From Candidatus Thorarchaeota archaeon (lineage in GTDB: Archaea; Asgardarchaeota; Thorarchaeia; Thorarchaeales; Thorarchaeaceae), in assembly GCA_003345555.1 (NCBI GenBank), contig PRDJ01000036.1, forward strand, positions 1 through 32,000: a DNA stretch of 32,000 nt, in the 5' to 3' direction. Shown here piece after piece: positions 8,152-17,365 of this stretch; positions within the stretch are counted from its first letter, which is position 1, and every line of letters begins with the position of its first letter. Made by a program: the position numbers and the translations under genes. The notes under the pieces are model-generated. The model was not told the DNA's origin. It worked only from the letters and a program-made list of their open reading frames with translations, and searched no databases.

Positions 8152-9079
8152 GGTGCTCTTCCTTCTTCATGTCTTCGCGCTTGATTCTGATTCGACCAAG
8201 GTGACTTGTTGCATAGTCGAATCGATAGAATGTGCCAAGGGGGTCTTTCACCTGAGCGACAAGCTTGTCAGGCTCCATTGGTGCATAAGTCCCGAGCATT
8301 GAGATTGATGCAGCACCGTGGTCTCTCATTATCGGTGGTACGGGGCCGAAACAGCCTCTGCACGTGGCACCCTTGTTTACACAGGGACCCTCACAAAGAC
8401 GCCATGTGCATGAACCCAAGCAGATGTATCCCTGTTCGAGCAGACACCTCTTGGGATCGGCCTGACCAACGTACGGCCGCAGGACTTCTGAAATTGGAGT
8501 CTCCTTCTTTTCCCGCTTGCAGTAGTGACACACAGCATGAGGAGGCAAGTCCATAGGCTTCCCCTCGAGCAACGACGTTACTGCGGTAAGAATTAGCTTT
8601 GAAGTGGGCGGACAACCCGGCAGGTACACATCGAATTCCACATAGTCCGTGTTAGGCTTGACAACCTCAGCGATTGGTGGAACATTCTTTGTTGGCACTT
8701 CCCCACCGTTGACAGTCTTGTTGTGCCTGAACTTCGCATCATAACACTCCTCAATTGTGGAGAAGTTCGCCATCCCCGGGATTCCTCCGAAGCATGAACA
8801 AGACCCGAAAGCTATCAACGTGCTGCACTTCTCGCGCATGACCTTGAGTAAGTGAATATCCTCCTCAGTCCTAGCCATTCCTTCGTAGAACCCGACAGCA
8901 ATCGATTTATCCGGGTAGCCTTCAAGATCCTTTAGCTTAAAGTCTACTACCGCCTGCCAATACTTGATGTCTAGCAGAGGCAGGACATCTGCAAGCTTAA
9001 GGTGCATGTCGACGAGACTCTGAAAGCACCCCCAACAGGAGCTTCCTTGAGCCATCGCTACCGGCACCGGCTTTCCCAC
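8144..9079 (-). CDS. mvhG: Hydrogenase small subunit MvhG
   Basis: Contains SCWGC, GFYEG, FGSCSCFGGIPG, YLPGCPP, VCHYC, CLLEQGYICLG and CRGCFG. Overlaps the mvhA start by 8 nt. Confidence 0.93.
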   Translation of the reverse strand: MGKPVPVAMAQGSSCWGCFQSLVDMHLKLADVLPLLDIKYWQAVVDFKLKDLEGYPDKSIAVGFYEGMARTEEDIHLLKVMREKCSTLIAFGSCSCFGGIPGMANFSTIEECYDAKFRHNKTVNGGEVPTKNVPPIAEVVKPNTDYVEFDVYLPGCPPTSKLILTAVTSLLEGKPMDLPPHAVCHYCKREKKETPISEVLRPYVGQADPKRCLLEQGYICLGSCTWRLCEGPCVNKGATCRGCFGPVPPIMRDHGAASISMLGTYAPMEPDKLVAQVKDPLGTFYRFDYATSHLGRIRIKREDMKKEEHHD

Positions 9080-9081
9080 TA

Positions 9082-9318
9082 CTATGATGCCTCCTTGAGT
9101 GAGTAAACCAGTTCCTTGTCTCGTTCACCAGTAACTTCCACATTGCCCCACTTCAGCATTCCAACCAGATTCCAGACAATCAGATCCTTGGCTAGACCTG
9201 TCTTCTCAGATATGATGCTGACTGTGGTGGCACCGGCCTTCATAGCCTCCTCGATAGCCTGACGCTGCTTTCGAACGTCTCCTCGCTTCTGACTGAAGAA
9301 CTTCACAAACGTGCTCAT
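9082..9318 (-). CDS. Small winged helix-turn-helix-like protein inside the mvh operon
   Basis: Pattern AIEEAMKAGATTVSIISEKTGLAKDLIVWNLVGMLKWGNVEV resembles a wHTH. The start at 9318 overlaps the mvhD stop (ATGA) with SD GGAGTGA; an alternative start is at 9324. Confidence 0.75.
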   Translation of the reverse strand: MSTFVKFFSQKRGDVRKQRQAIEEAMKAGATTVSIISEKTGLAKDLIVWNLVGMLKWGNVEVTGERDKELVYSLKEAS

Positions 9319-9758
9319 TTCCATTCACTCCTTATGGGACCGATCTTTCTAACTTGCTCAGTGAGCTCCTTGACGCCATCAGCGAAGATCTGTGCTTCAG
9401 AAGCACTTGCCCACTGTAATCGAACCCTTCGAGGGTCGACTCCAGATTGCTCGATAACTTTCTCTAAGAGCGCCCATCTAGCTCTGAGCTTTAGATTACC
9501 TGAGGTGTAGTGACAATCACCAGGGTGACATCCGGACACAAGCACGCCGTCTGCTCCCATCTCTAAGGCGGCAAGAATAAATTCCGGATCAATCCGTCCG
9601 GTGCAATTGACCCTCAAGATCCTCGCGTTAGGCGGATACTGAATCCTGCTAGTGCCAGCTAAGTCTGCTCCGGCATAAGAGCACCAGTTACAGCAATACG
9701 CGAGAATTCTTGGTTCCCAGTGCTCGGGGACCACCGTCTCATTTTGGGATTGTGACAT
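9315..9758 (-). CDS. mvhD: Hydrogenase iron-sulfur subunit MvhD ([2Fe-2S])
   Basis: Contains YCCNWCSYAGADLAG, RVNCTGR, GCHPGDCHY and WASASE. The ATG at 9758 overlaps the upstream stop (TAATG), so the ORF-track start at 9794 is probably too early. Confidence 0.95.
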   Translation of the reverse strand: MSQSQNETVVPEHWEPRILAYCCNWCSYAGADLAGTSRIQYPPNARILRVNCTGRIDPEFILAALEMGADGVLVSGCHPGDCHYTSGNLKLRARWALLEKVIEQSGVDPRRVRLQWASASEAQIFADGVKELTEQVRKIGPIRSEWK

Positions 9759-11509
9759 TAGGCAGTCCCTCCTTCCACTTGGGCTGGCGTACAAAGGAAT
9801 GCCTCAACCATTGCCATAATCTGATCATCTGTGCTGTGATACATGATGATTGCATTTGAGGGACAAGCTGCCGCACAGGTACCACATCCATGGCACTTAG
9901 CCTCTGTGACGAGTGCCACTGCCGGTTCTCTTGATTTGTCCATTGAGATTGCGCCGTACGGACATGCAGTCACGCATGTGCGGCAGGATGAACAGAGTTC
10001 GGGAATAACGTGAGAGACGGTGGACTCAATCTCTACCTGCCCCCTTGCCATCAGACTGACGGCCTTTGCTGCCGCGCCACTTGCGTCAACAACAGACTCG
10101 GACGCGTTCTTGGCGGCCTGAGCTGCTCCTGCAATCATGACTCCTGCAGTGTGCGTTGTAAGAGGCGCCAGCTTGATGTGCTCCGGGTTGAAGAACCCGT
10201 CTGCACTTCTGGTAAGACCAAACATCTTCGCTGTCTCTGCAATGTCCCCTGGAGGAACCATGGCAGAAGCCAACACCAACAGATCCGGTTCGAACTCAAG
10301 GTAGTCACCTGATAGCACATCATACCATCGCATTGTGATGCCATTAGCAGTAACCTGCACATCGGGTTTGCTATCCTTAGGGAACCGACTGTATATCACG
10401 AACTTCGACCTAGCCAACCGATATAGCTCCTCATGGCCGCGGCCATAGGTCCTGATGTCCTGATATAGGATCATAACCTCTCCAACTTTGTCCTTCAAGT
10501 CTGAAGCGGCTTTGGCTACTGCGGAACAACAGTGTCTGGAGCAATGCTCATGTCCCTGTTTTCCAGCTTCGCGTGACCCTACACACCCGATGAAAGCAAG
10601 CTTGTTCACTTTCTTGCCGTCACTAGGCCGCAAGAGGTCAGCCCTCGGCGGCAGTTCCTGAAGCTCTGCCAACGTGATGATATCAGGCGACTCGCCGTAT
10701 CCGTAGTAGCCGAACGGCCTGAAAGGTTCAAACCCCGTCGCCATAATAACCGCCCCGACATCCACAGACTTCGTACGGCCCGTTTCGTGATTCTTAATCT
10801 TCGCTGTGAAGTTGCCCACGTATCCTCCGAACTCCACAACTTCGCTGTTCTGCATGACCTTAATCGACCTGTGCTTCTCCACGTCTTTGACAAGGGGTCC
10901 AATAATCTGGGCCCCTGACTCGTCAGCGGGAAACAAATGAGTCCACTTCCTCACATGCCCTCCAAGCTCAGGAAGCCGTTCTACAAGCACGACTTCGAAC
11001 CCTCTCTCGGCTATGTCGAGAGAAGCTCTGAGCCCTGCTATTCCGCCGCCAACCACAAGCGTCCTTGGAGTAACATTCACAGACTTAATGGGGAGACTTT
11101 GAAGCTGTGCGGCACGGGCCACGGACATTCTCACCAAGTCCATCGCCTTCTCAGTTGCTTCTTTCGGCTGCCGCATGTGGCACCAAGAGACTTGCTCCCT
11201 CAGGTTGACTTGGTCGAAAAGATACCTATTCAGGCCGGACTCTTCGACAACACGGCGGAAGGTTGGCTCGTGCATCCGCGGACTGCAGCTCGCTACGACC
11301 ACACGATTAAGGTTGAGTTCCTTGATCTTGTCTCTTATCAGCTGTTGACCCGCATCAGCACACATGAACATGTAGTCCGTAGAAAACACCACATAGGGCA
11401 ATGACATTGCCATCTTTGCAACCGCAGCAACATCAACAACGCCTGCTATGTTGTGCCCGCAATGACAAACGAATACGCCGATTCTTGGTTCTACCTTGTC
11501 ACCCATCAT
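9758..11509 (-). CDS. hdrA: HdrA-family subunit: N-terminal Fe-S domain, FAD domain and C-terminal ferredoxin, without the inserted ferredoxin
   Basis: Contains RIGVFVCHCG, ASCSPRMH, GGGIAG, CVGSR...CSRHCC and two C-terminal ferredoxin motifs (CSSCRTCVTACP, CHGCGTCAAACP). Confidence 0.92.
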   Translation of the reverse strand: MMGDKVEPRIGVFVCHCGHNIAGVVDVAAVAKMAMSLPYVVFSTDYMFMCADAGQQLIRDKIKELNLNRVVVASCSPRMHEPTFRRVVEESGLNRYLFDQVNLREQVSWCHMRQPKEATEKAMDLVRMSVARAAQLQSLPIKSVNVTPRTLVVGGGIAGLRASLDIAERGFEVVLVERLPELGGHVRKWTHLFPADESGAQIIGPLVKDVEKHRSIKVMQNSEVVEFGGYVGNFTAKIKNHETGRTKSVDVGAVIMATGFEPFRPFGYYGYGESPDIITLAELQELPPRADLLRPSDGKKVNKLAFIGCVGSREAGKQGHEHCSRHCCSAVAKAASDLKDKVGEVMILYQDIRTYGRGHEELYRLARSKFVIYSRFPKDSKPDVQVTANGITMRWYDVLSGDYLEFEPDLLVLASAMVPPGDIAETAKMFGLTRSADGFFNPEHIKLAPLTTHTAGVMIAGAAQAAKNASESVVDASGAAAKAVSLMARGQVEIESTVSHVIPELCSSCRTCVTACPYGAISMDKSREPAVALVTEAKCHGCGTCAAACPSNAIIMYHSTDDQIMAMVEAFLCTPAQVEGGTA

Positions 11510-12852
11510 GCGGCACCTCCGCCCGACAGAATGATGGTTGCCTTCATGGCCGCCGCACTGCCCTCAGTGACTGAATCAGGGATATCCTTTGGACCGTCCG
11601 CGCAGCCGCACACGAATATCCCCGGCACCTTAGTGTCGACTGGTCCAAAGTAACGATTGGCAACATCAACATATCCGTCAGTTGTAACCGATATTCCCAT
11701 TTTTTCCACTATCTTGGCCAAGTCCTCAGGGGGCTGTATCCCGGGGCATATCACAATCATGTCGTGTTCGACATCCTGTGGCTGTGCTTTTTCGGTGTCC
11801 TCAACCCTGACAACAAGTTTGCCCGTTCTTGAGTCCCTTCTGACTTCAGCTGCTCGACCTCTGAAGAATTTCACGCCGAAACGACTCCGCGCCATCTCAT
11901 AGAATTCCTCAAAGCCCTTCCCGAATGCCCTGATGTCGGCGTAGTAGATTGTAGCATCTGCGTCGGGATTGTGTTCCTTTGCCATGACTGCATTCTTGAT
12001 TCCATACATGCAGCACACCCTGCTGCAATAGGGTACATCCTTAGTCACATCTCTCGCACCCACGCACTGGACAAAACCGATTGATTGTGGGATTCTTCCA
12101 TCACTAAGTCGGACGAGATGGCCATGCGTTGGTCCTGCGGCATTGATCAACCGCTCATATTCCATTGCATGGATAACGTCAGGTATCCGTCCGTATCCAA
12201 GACGATAATATCTTGCAACATCGAACAGCCGATAGCCAGTCGCAATGATGATTGCGCCGACATCGAACTCAAGGCGCTCATCCTCCATTTCTAGGTCGAT
12301 AGCCTTGCGTTCGCAGGCCCTTTCACATCTCTTGCATTTGATGCACGATTCCATATCGATCGTATACGTGCTAGGTGTTGACTGTGGAAACCCAACATAG
12401 ATGGCTTTTCTGAAACCGAGACCCCAGTCGAACTCGTTCGGAACCTCAACTGGGCACTCCTTGGAGCATTCTCCGCAACCAGCACACAATTCCTCCTTGA
12501 CATATCTAGCCCGCTTGATTACTCTGACTCTGAAGCTGCCAGCCTTGCCTGACACGCTTTCCAAGTCGGAGTATGTGAGCAGCTTGATACCAGGATGGCG
12601 AGCAACTTCGCTTAGTCGAGGAGTAAGGATGCATGCGGAACAATCCAGTGTTGGAAATGTCTTATCCAGCATTGCCATCCTGCCGCCAATTGAGGGCGAC
12701 TTCTCAACCAAGTAAACTTTGAAACCTTGGTTGGCAATGTCCAGCGCAGCCTGCATGCCGGCGACACCACCACCCACAACAAGTGCATTCTGAGATACTT
12801 TCTTTGTGGCAGTTGCCTGCTTCTGGGACTTCGTACGGGCGGGCATCATCAT
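11506..12852 (-). CDS. hdrA: HdrA-family subunit: FAD domain with inserted 2x[4Fe-4S] ferredoxin, without the N- and C-terminal domains
   Basis: Contains GGGVAG, DKTFPTLDCSAC, CAGCGECSKECP, CIKCKRCERAC, CVGAR...CSRVCC and GPKDIP. Confidence 0.92.
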   Translation of the reverse strand: MMMPARTKSQKQATATKKVSQNALVVGGGVAGMQAALDIANQGFKVYLVEKSPSIGGRMAMLDKTFPTLDCSACILTPRLSEVARHPGIKLLTYSDLESVSGKAGSFRVRVIKRARYVKEELCAGCGECSKECPVEVPNEFDWGLGFRKAIYVGFPQSTPSTYTIDMESCIKCKRCERACERKAIDLEMEDERLEFDVGAIIIATGYRLFDVARYYRLGYGRIPDVIHAMEYERLINAAGPTHGHLVRLSDGRIPQSIGFVQCVGARDVTKDVPYCSRVCCMYGIKNAVMAKEHNPDADATIYYADIRAFGKGFEEFYEMARSRFGVKFFRGRAAEVRRDSRTGKLVVRVEDTEKAQPQDVEHDMIVICPGIQPPEDLAKIVEKMGISVTTDGYVDVANRYFGPVDTKVPGIFVCGCADGPKDIPDSVTEGSAAAMKATIILSGGGAA

Positions 12853-13724
12853 ACCTCCACTACACTCGCAAAGACCCTACTTGGGCTGATCTTGTTGTAG
12901 CCAATCCCCAGTCTACTTGGTTCTATGCCCAGGGCCGGACCCAAGAACTGAGGAAGAGTGAGAACGGGAATACGTGATTCGTCTTGTGCACCCTCCCCAA
13001 ACTGAACCTGAGTTAGTTGAATGTCGCAGAACACACAGGCTGTGACGATTCCATCGACGTTCTCTGCTCTGATGTTGCGAATCTTGTCCATTCCAATCTT
13101 CGTGGCGACTTCCTGATCCATTGCTAGCATAGGACCACCACAACATCGTGTCTTGCCCGTGTAGTCTACGGCGGTGGCACCAGCGATCTCGATTAGATGA
13201 TCAATAATCGTCGGATTCTCGGGGTCGTCAACTCTGACGATATCATAGGGCCTAGTCACATGGCAGCCGTAATGGGCCGCAAGGCGAACTGCCGAGTAAG
13301 GTTTCACAATGGCTTCCTTAATAGCATCGTAGCCTATGTCTTCGTGAAAGACCTGGAGGAGATGCTTCACCTGTATCTTCCCCGTGTATTCCAAGCCTTC
13401 GTCCGCCAGAATGCGATTGACCTCATCCTTCAGTTTCCAGTCATTGTCAAGTGAATGTTTGATCCACTTCAACGAACCCGAACAAGCCCCACATATGGCA
13501 AGTATATCTCGGTCATAAGTTTCAGCAAGGGCTAAGATTCGTCCACTCATGGCTGCGAATGCGTGCCGGTTCACTGACTCAACATACTGAGCCCCGCAGC
13601 AGTTGGCACCTTTCATATCAACGATCTTGACTCCCAACTTATCTAGAACGACTTTGACGGATGCCTCGTATTGGGGTAACCTTACCGGGGCGGTACATCC
13701 GGTATAGAGGACGAATTCCTTCAC
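12849..13724 (-). CDS. hdrB: Heterodisulfide reductase subunit B (CCG domains)
   Basis: Contains YTGC, NCCG, ICGACS, HYGCHVTRP, RCCGG and TACVFC. Confidence 0.93.
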   Translation of the reverse strand: MKEFVLYTGCTAPVRLPQYEASVKVVLDKLGVKIVDMKGANCCGAQYVESVNRHAFAAMSGRILALAETYDRDILAICGACSGSLKWIKHSLDNDWKLKDEVNRILADEGLEYTGKIQVKHLLQVFHEDIGYDAIKEAIVKPYSAVRLAAHYGCHVTRPYDIVRVDDPENPTIIDHLIEIAGATAVDYTGKTRCCGGPMLAMDQEVATKIGMDKIRNIRAENVDGIVTACVFCDIQLTQVQFGEGAQDESRIPVLTLPQFLGPALGIEPSRLGIGYNKISPSRVFASVVEV

Positions 13725-14263
13725 TCATCCTTCACCTCCTCTTTGTCCCCTTGCTCGAAGTAGCGTTTCTTCACCTTCTTGACGAATTCCCCGTCGAAAT
13801 TCACTTCGGGATTCAAGCCTAAGTCTGTTCGGTCGTCTTGGATGAAGTCCGAGAAGGCATCCTTCAAGAGCCAACCATCTTTCAGTACTTGGTTAACTGT
13901 GTCTTTGAAAACCTTCGGAACGCGCCCTTCTCTGGCAGCTATGTCGCGCACCACATGGAATATCTCAGCCAAGCTGACGCCTTCTTGGCATCTTTCTTCA
14001 CACAGTCTACAAGTCATACATAGCCAAGGCAGCTCAGAAGCCAAGACCTGCTCTCTTTCCCCAAGCAATATCTTCTGGATGATTCTTCTGGGTCTGTACT
14101 TGTCTGTGTAGTTCGCCACCATGCAGCTTGCGGTGCACAGCCCACATTGGATGCATTTGCGAATGTACTCACCACCAGGCTCTGCAGCAATCTCTTGAGA
14201 GAATCTGGAGTTGGGGTGATACTCCACGTCTTTTTCCGGTCCATGCTCAGGTTCAGACATCAT
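13721..14263 (-). CDS. hdrC: Heterodisulfide reductase subunit C
   Basis: Contains CIQCGLCTASC and WLCMTCRLCEERC. Overlaps the hdrB start (ATGA). Confidence 0.92.
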   Translation of the reverse strand: MMSEPEHGPEKDVEYHPNSRFSQEIAAEPGGEYIRKCIQCGLCTASCMVANYTDKYRPRRIIQKILLGEREQVLASELPWLCMTCRLCEERCQEGVSLAEIFHVVRDIAAREGRVPKVFKDTVNQVLKDGWLLKDAFSDFIQDDRTDLGLNPEVNFDGEFVKKVKKRYFEQGDKEEVKDE

Positions 14264-14486
14264 CTTTCACGCTCGTTGTACATTGTTGTTGGAGAGGACG
14301 AAAGCCTCGGTGGCGGAACTATTCGAGTGGACACATAGAGAGGTCGTCTCAATGCTTCAATCAATGAGCGTTCGTCCACATTACTATTCGCGCCCCAGAC
14401 TCGGGCACCTGCGGCTCTGAAAGTTCCGTTATATCTATGCCGTTGGTGGCAGGAATTCATCGCGCAACTTGCTTTGGTTTCGGGTT

Positions 14487-14615
14487 TCATGAATCGTCCC
14501 AGTTCTTGAGCGCCTTTCGAGATTGCTCTGTCGCACCCGCCATATCTCCCTTGGTGCACTGGTCTGCTGCGGCTGCGGCATAGGAGAGGGCTTCCGCCGA
14601 GCAACATCCATCCAT
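14487..14615 (-). CDS. Possible 42-aa peptide translationally coupled to the large hdrA-like gene
   Basis: The ATG overlaps the upstream TAA (TAATG). Translation: MDGCCSAEALSYAAAAADQCTKGDMAGATEQSRKALKNWDDS. No homology recognised. Confidence 0.35.
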   Translation of the reverse strand: MDGCCSAEALSYAAAAADQCTKGDMAGATEQSRKALKNWDDS

Positions 14616-17365
14616 TAAGCTTTGTTCCTCATTTGATTCAGAATGATTGTAGCTCTCATCGCCGCAGCACTACCTGCGGACACGGAATCAGGGATGTCCT
14701 TCGGCGAGTCTGCACAGCCGCACACAAACACTCCTTTCACACTAGTATCAACAGGAGTGATGATCTCGTTGGTAACACCGACATAGCCGTCTGTACCCAA
14801 GTCCATTCCCAGTTCGACCGCAAGGTCGTCGAGGCCTTCCGGTGGCTGGATTCCCGGACTAATCACAAGAAGGTCGTGCTCCACATCCTGAATCTTGCTC
14901 GTTTCCGTGTCTTCGAACCTGACCACAAGGTTGTGAGTCTTCTTTTCCATAACCTCTGCTACTCTTCCCCGGACGAACCTGACACCAAAGCGAGTTCGGG
15001 CCATCTCGTAGAATTCCTCGAAACCCTTCCCGAATGCCCTGATGTCGGCATAGTAGATTGTAACATCTGCGTCAGGAATATGTTCCTTTGCCATAACTGC
15101 GTTCTTGATGCCGTACATGCAACAAACTCTGCTGCAGAAGGGCACATCTTTGCTGACATCTCTCGCGCCCACACATTGGATGAAGCCAATCGAATGTGGG
15201 ATCCTTCCATCACTCAACCGAATCAAATGACCCTTGGTGGGACCGGCGGCATTAATCAGGCGTTCGTATTGCATTGCATGAATAACATTGGGGAACTTCC
15301 CATACCCGAACTGCGGATAGGCCGTGATATCGAAAAGCTGATACCCCGTAGCAATGACTATGGCTCCCACTGACAGCTCAACTGACTCATCCGCCATTGA
15401 GTGATCAATTGCCTCGCGTTGGCATGCCTTCACACACAGACCGCATTCACAACACACGGCGCAGTTCAAGCATCGTTCGGCTTCAGCACGAGCGTGCTCC
15501 TCGGCGAAGCCTAGCTCAACCTCCGAAAAGTCGGCCCTGCCGCTGCTGGTACCCCGTTTCGGCATCACAGCTCGTTTGGCTTGAGGAATTGTCGATTTGT
15601 CGACTTCGTACGACTGCACTCTGTGTTTCGCAGGAGATATCCCCGAGTCGAGTGGTAGCCCTCTTAGGTATCTGTCAATCGATTCTGCGGCCTGCCTGCC
15701 ATGCCCGACTGCTTTCACAACAGTGAGCGGGCCCGTAACAACATCACCGCCAGCGAAGACACCCGGTATGCTGGTCTGAAGAGTGACTGGATCGGCTTTG
15801 ACTGTAGCAAATTCAGTGCACTCACACTCCTTCTGAACGCCAAGCGAGTCAGCGCTCTGTCCGACACCTAGAAGCATTGTGTCAATGGCCAAGGTGAACT
15901 CCGAACCAGCAATTGGAATAGGTCTCATTCTTCCCGAATGGTCCGGCTCGCCCAGTCTCATCCTTACACACCTGACGCCAGTTAGTACGCCTTTTGAGGA
16001 GAGGACCTCGATAGGGTTCGTGAGCATCATGAACTTGACACCTTCACGCTTCGCATCCTCAACTTGGCTAGGAATGGCAGGTATCTCGACATTCGAGCGT
16101 CTGTAGATGACAGTCACGTCCTTTGCGCCCAGTCTTGCTGCAACGCGGGCAGCATCAACGGCGGCATCTCCTCCTCCGATTACGGCGACTCTGCTGCCGA
16201 TTTCCACTTTCTGCCCAGTATTAATCTTCTCTAGGAACTCAACGGAACGGATCACTCCCTTGACATCCTCGCCAGGAGCACCAAGGCGGTTGCTGACACA
16301 CGCTCCGGAGCCGACGAAGACTGCCTTGAATCCCTTTTCGAGAAGGCCCCGTACTGACTTGATTGGGGTGTTCACTTTGATCTTCACACCGAAGTCAACA
16401 ATTCTCTGAATCTCTTCGTCCAGTATGTCACGAGGGAGCCTATACTCAGGAATCGCATATCTTAGAAGGCCACCAGGATGAGAGCTTCTCTCGAACACGG
16501 TGACAGGGTAGCCCTTTCTTGCCAATTGATAGGCACAGCTCAGTCCGGCTGGACCAGCACCAATCACCGCTACCTTGTCCTTCTTGTCTATTCTCGCTGT
16601 AATAGGTCTGGCAAGCTTGTTAGAGCGTTCGTAATCTGCCAAGAATCTGTGAAGGTTTCTAATACTTATGCTGTCATCAAGCGTTCCTCTTTCGCATTCT
16701 GCTTCGCAGAAGCCAATGCATACCCGACCAAGAACACCCGGAAATGGAATCGCCTCCCTCACGATCTCGAGGGCTTGGTCATACTTGCCTTGCTTCATCA
16801 GTGTAACGAAGCCCTGTGCGTTTACGTGGGCAGGGCACGTTGCTCTACAAGCGGGGTCACCCTTCTTGTCTATGGTATATGCAGCAGGCGTGGCCTGCGG
16901 GAATGGAGAGTAGATTGCTTTTCTGAACCCCAGACCTTGATCAAAGCTGTTGGGGACTTCGACAGGACAAACAGGTACACAATCTCCACACGCGGAACAC
17001 TTCTTCTCGTTCACATATCTTGCTTTTCGACGAACCTTCACTCTGAAGTTACCCACCTCACCACTGATGGATTTAATCTCAGAATATGAAAGCAGTTCAA
17101 TGTTCGGATGCCGAGAGGTTTCACTCAAGCGAGGAGTGAGTATACAGGCTGAACAATCAAGTGTAGGAAAGGTCTTGTCGATCATCGCCATACGTCCACC
17201 AATCGATGGCGACTGCTCTAGCAGATACACCTTGAAACCCTGATTGGCAATGTCCAAAGCGGCCTGCATTCCTGCTACGCCGCCCCCGACAACGAGTGCC
17301 GCTGGCACCTTCTGATCAGCAAGTGACTCCGTTGCAGTCGGTCGTGATGCACGTGTGGTTGTCAT
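14615..17365 (-). CDS. hdrA: Large HdrA-like flavoprotein with inserted GltD/NfnB-type NAD(P)H oxidoreductase module (HdrL-like)
   Basis: HdrA FAD-domain halves flank a ferredoxin motif (CSACGDCVPVCP), a GltD-like cluster (CRATCP...CIGFCEAEC), GAGPAG, GGGDAAVD, IYRRS and CLNCAVCCECGLC. Confidence 0.9.
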   Translation of the reverse strand: MTTTRASRPTATESLADQKVPAALVVGGGVAGMQAALDIANQGFKVYLLEQSPSIGGRMAMIDKTFPTLDCSACILTPRLSETSRHPNIELLSYSEIKSISGEVGNFRVKVRRKARYVNEKKCSACGDCVPVCPVEVPNSFDQGLGFRKAIYSPFPQATPAAYTIDKKGDPACRATCPAHVNAQGFVTLMKQGKYDQALEIVREAIPFPGVLGRVCIGFCEAECERGTLDDSISIRNLHRFLADYERSNKLARPITARIDKKDKVAVIGAGPAGLSCAYQLARKGYPVTVFERSSHPGGLLRYAIPEYRLPRDILDEEIQRIVDFGVKIKVNTPIKSVRGLLEKGFKAVFVGSGACVSNRLGAPGEDVKGVIRSVEFLEKINTGQKVEIGSRVAVIGGGDAAVDAARVAARLGAKDVTVIYRRSNVEIPAIPSQVEDAKREGVKFMMLTNPIEVLSSKGVLTGVRCVRMRLGEPDHSGRMRPIPIAGSEFTLAIDTMLLGVGQSADSLGVQKECECTEFATVKADPVTLQTSIPGVFAGGDVVTGPLTVVKAVGHGRQAAESIDRYLRGLPLDSGISPAKHRVQSYEVDKSTIPQAKRAVMPKRGTSSGRADFSEVELGFAEEHARAEAERCLNCAVCCECGLCVKACQREAIDHSMADESVELSVGAIVIATGYQLFDITAYPQFGYGKFPNVIHAMQYERLINAAGPTKGHLIRLSDGRIPHSIGFIQCVGARDVSKDVPFCSRVCCMYGIKNAVMAKEHIPDADVTIYYADIRAFGKGFEEFYEMARTRFGVRFVRGRVAEVMEKKTHNLVVRFEDTETSKIQDVEHDLLVISPGIQPPEGLDDLAVELGMDLGTDGYVGVTNEIITPVDTSVKGVFVCGCADSPKDIPDSVSAGSAAAMRATIILNQMRNKA

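Noticed and set aside
14445-14495. Second SECIS-like pattern on the minus strand: AUGA-N11-AAA...GA at the stop of the 42-aa ORF
   Set aside because: Helix II would have 3 mismatches in 10 positions and helix I is weak, and no upstream in-frame UGA needs it. It could at most be a decayed relic of a Sec-type hdrA; an Infernal/SECISearch score would settle it.
14260-14607. 115-aa ORF-track call between the large hdrA-like gene and hdrC
   Set aside because: The composition is not protein-like, it has a TTG start and there is no motif. The TAATG-coupled 42-aa frame is more plausible.
6940-17089. Long plus-strand ORFs opposite the hdr/mvh genes (e.g. 6940..7842, 16478..17089)
   Set aside because: They are antisense shadows of well-supported genes, without motifs.
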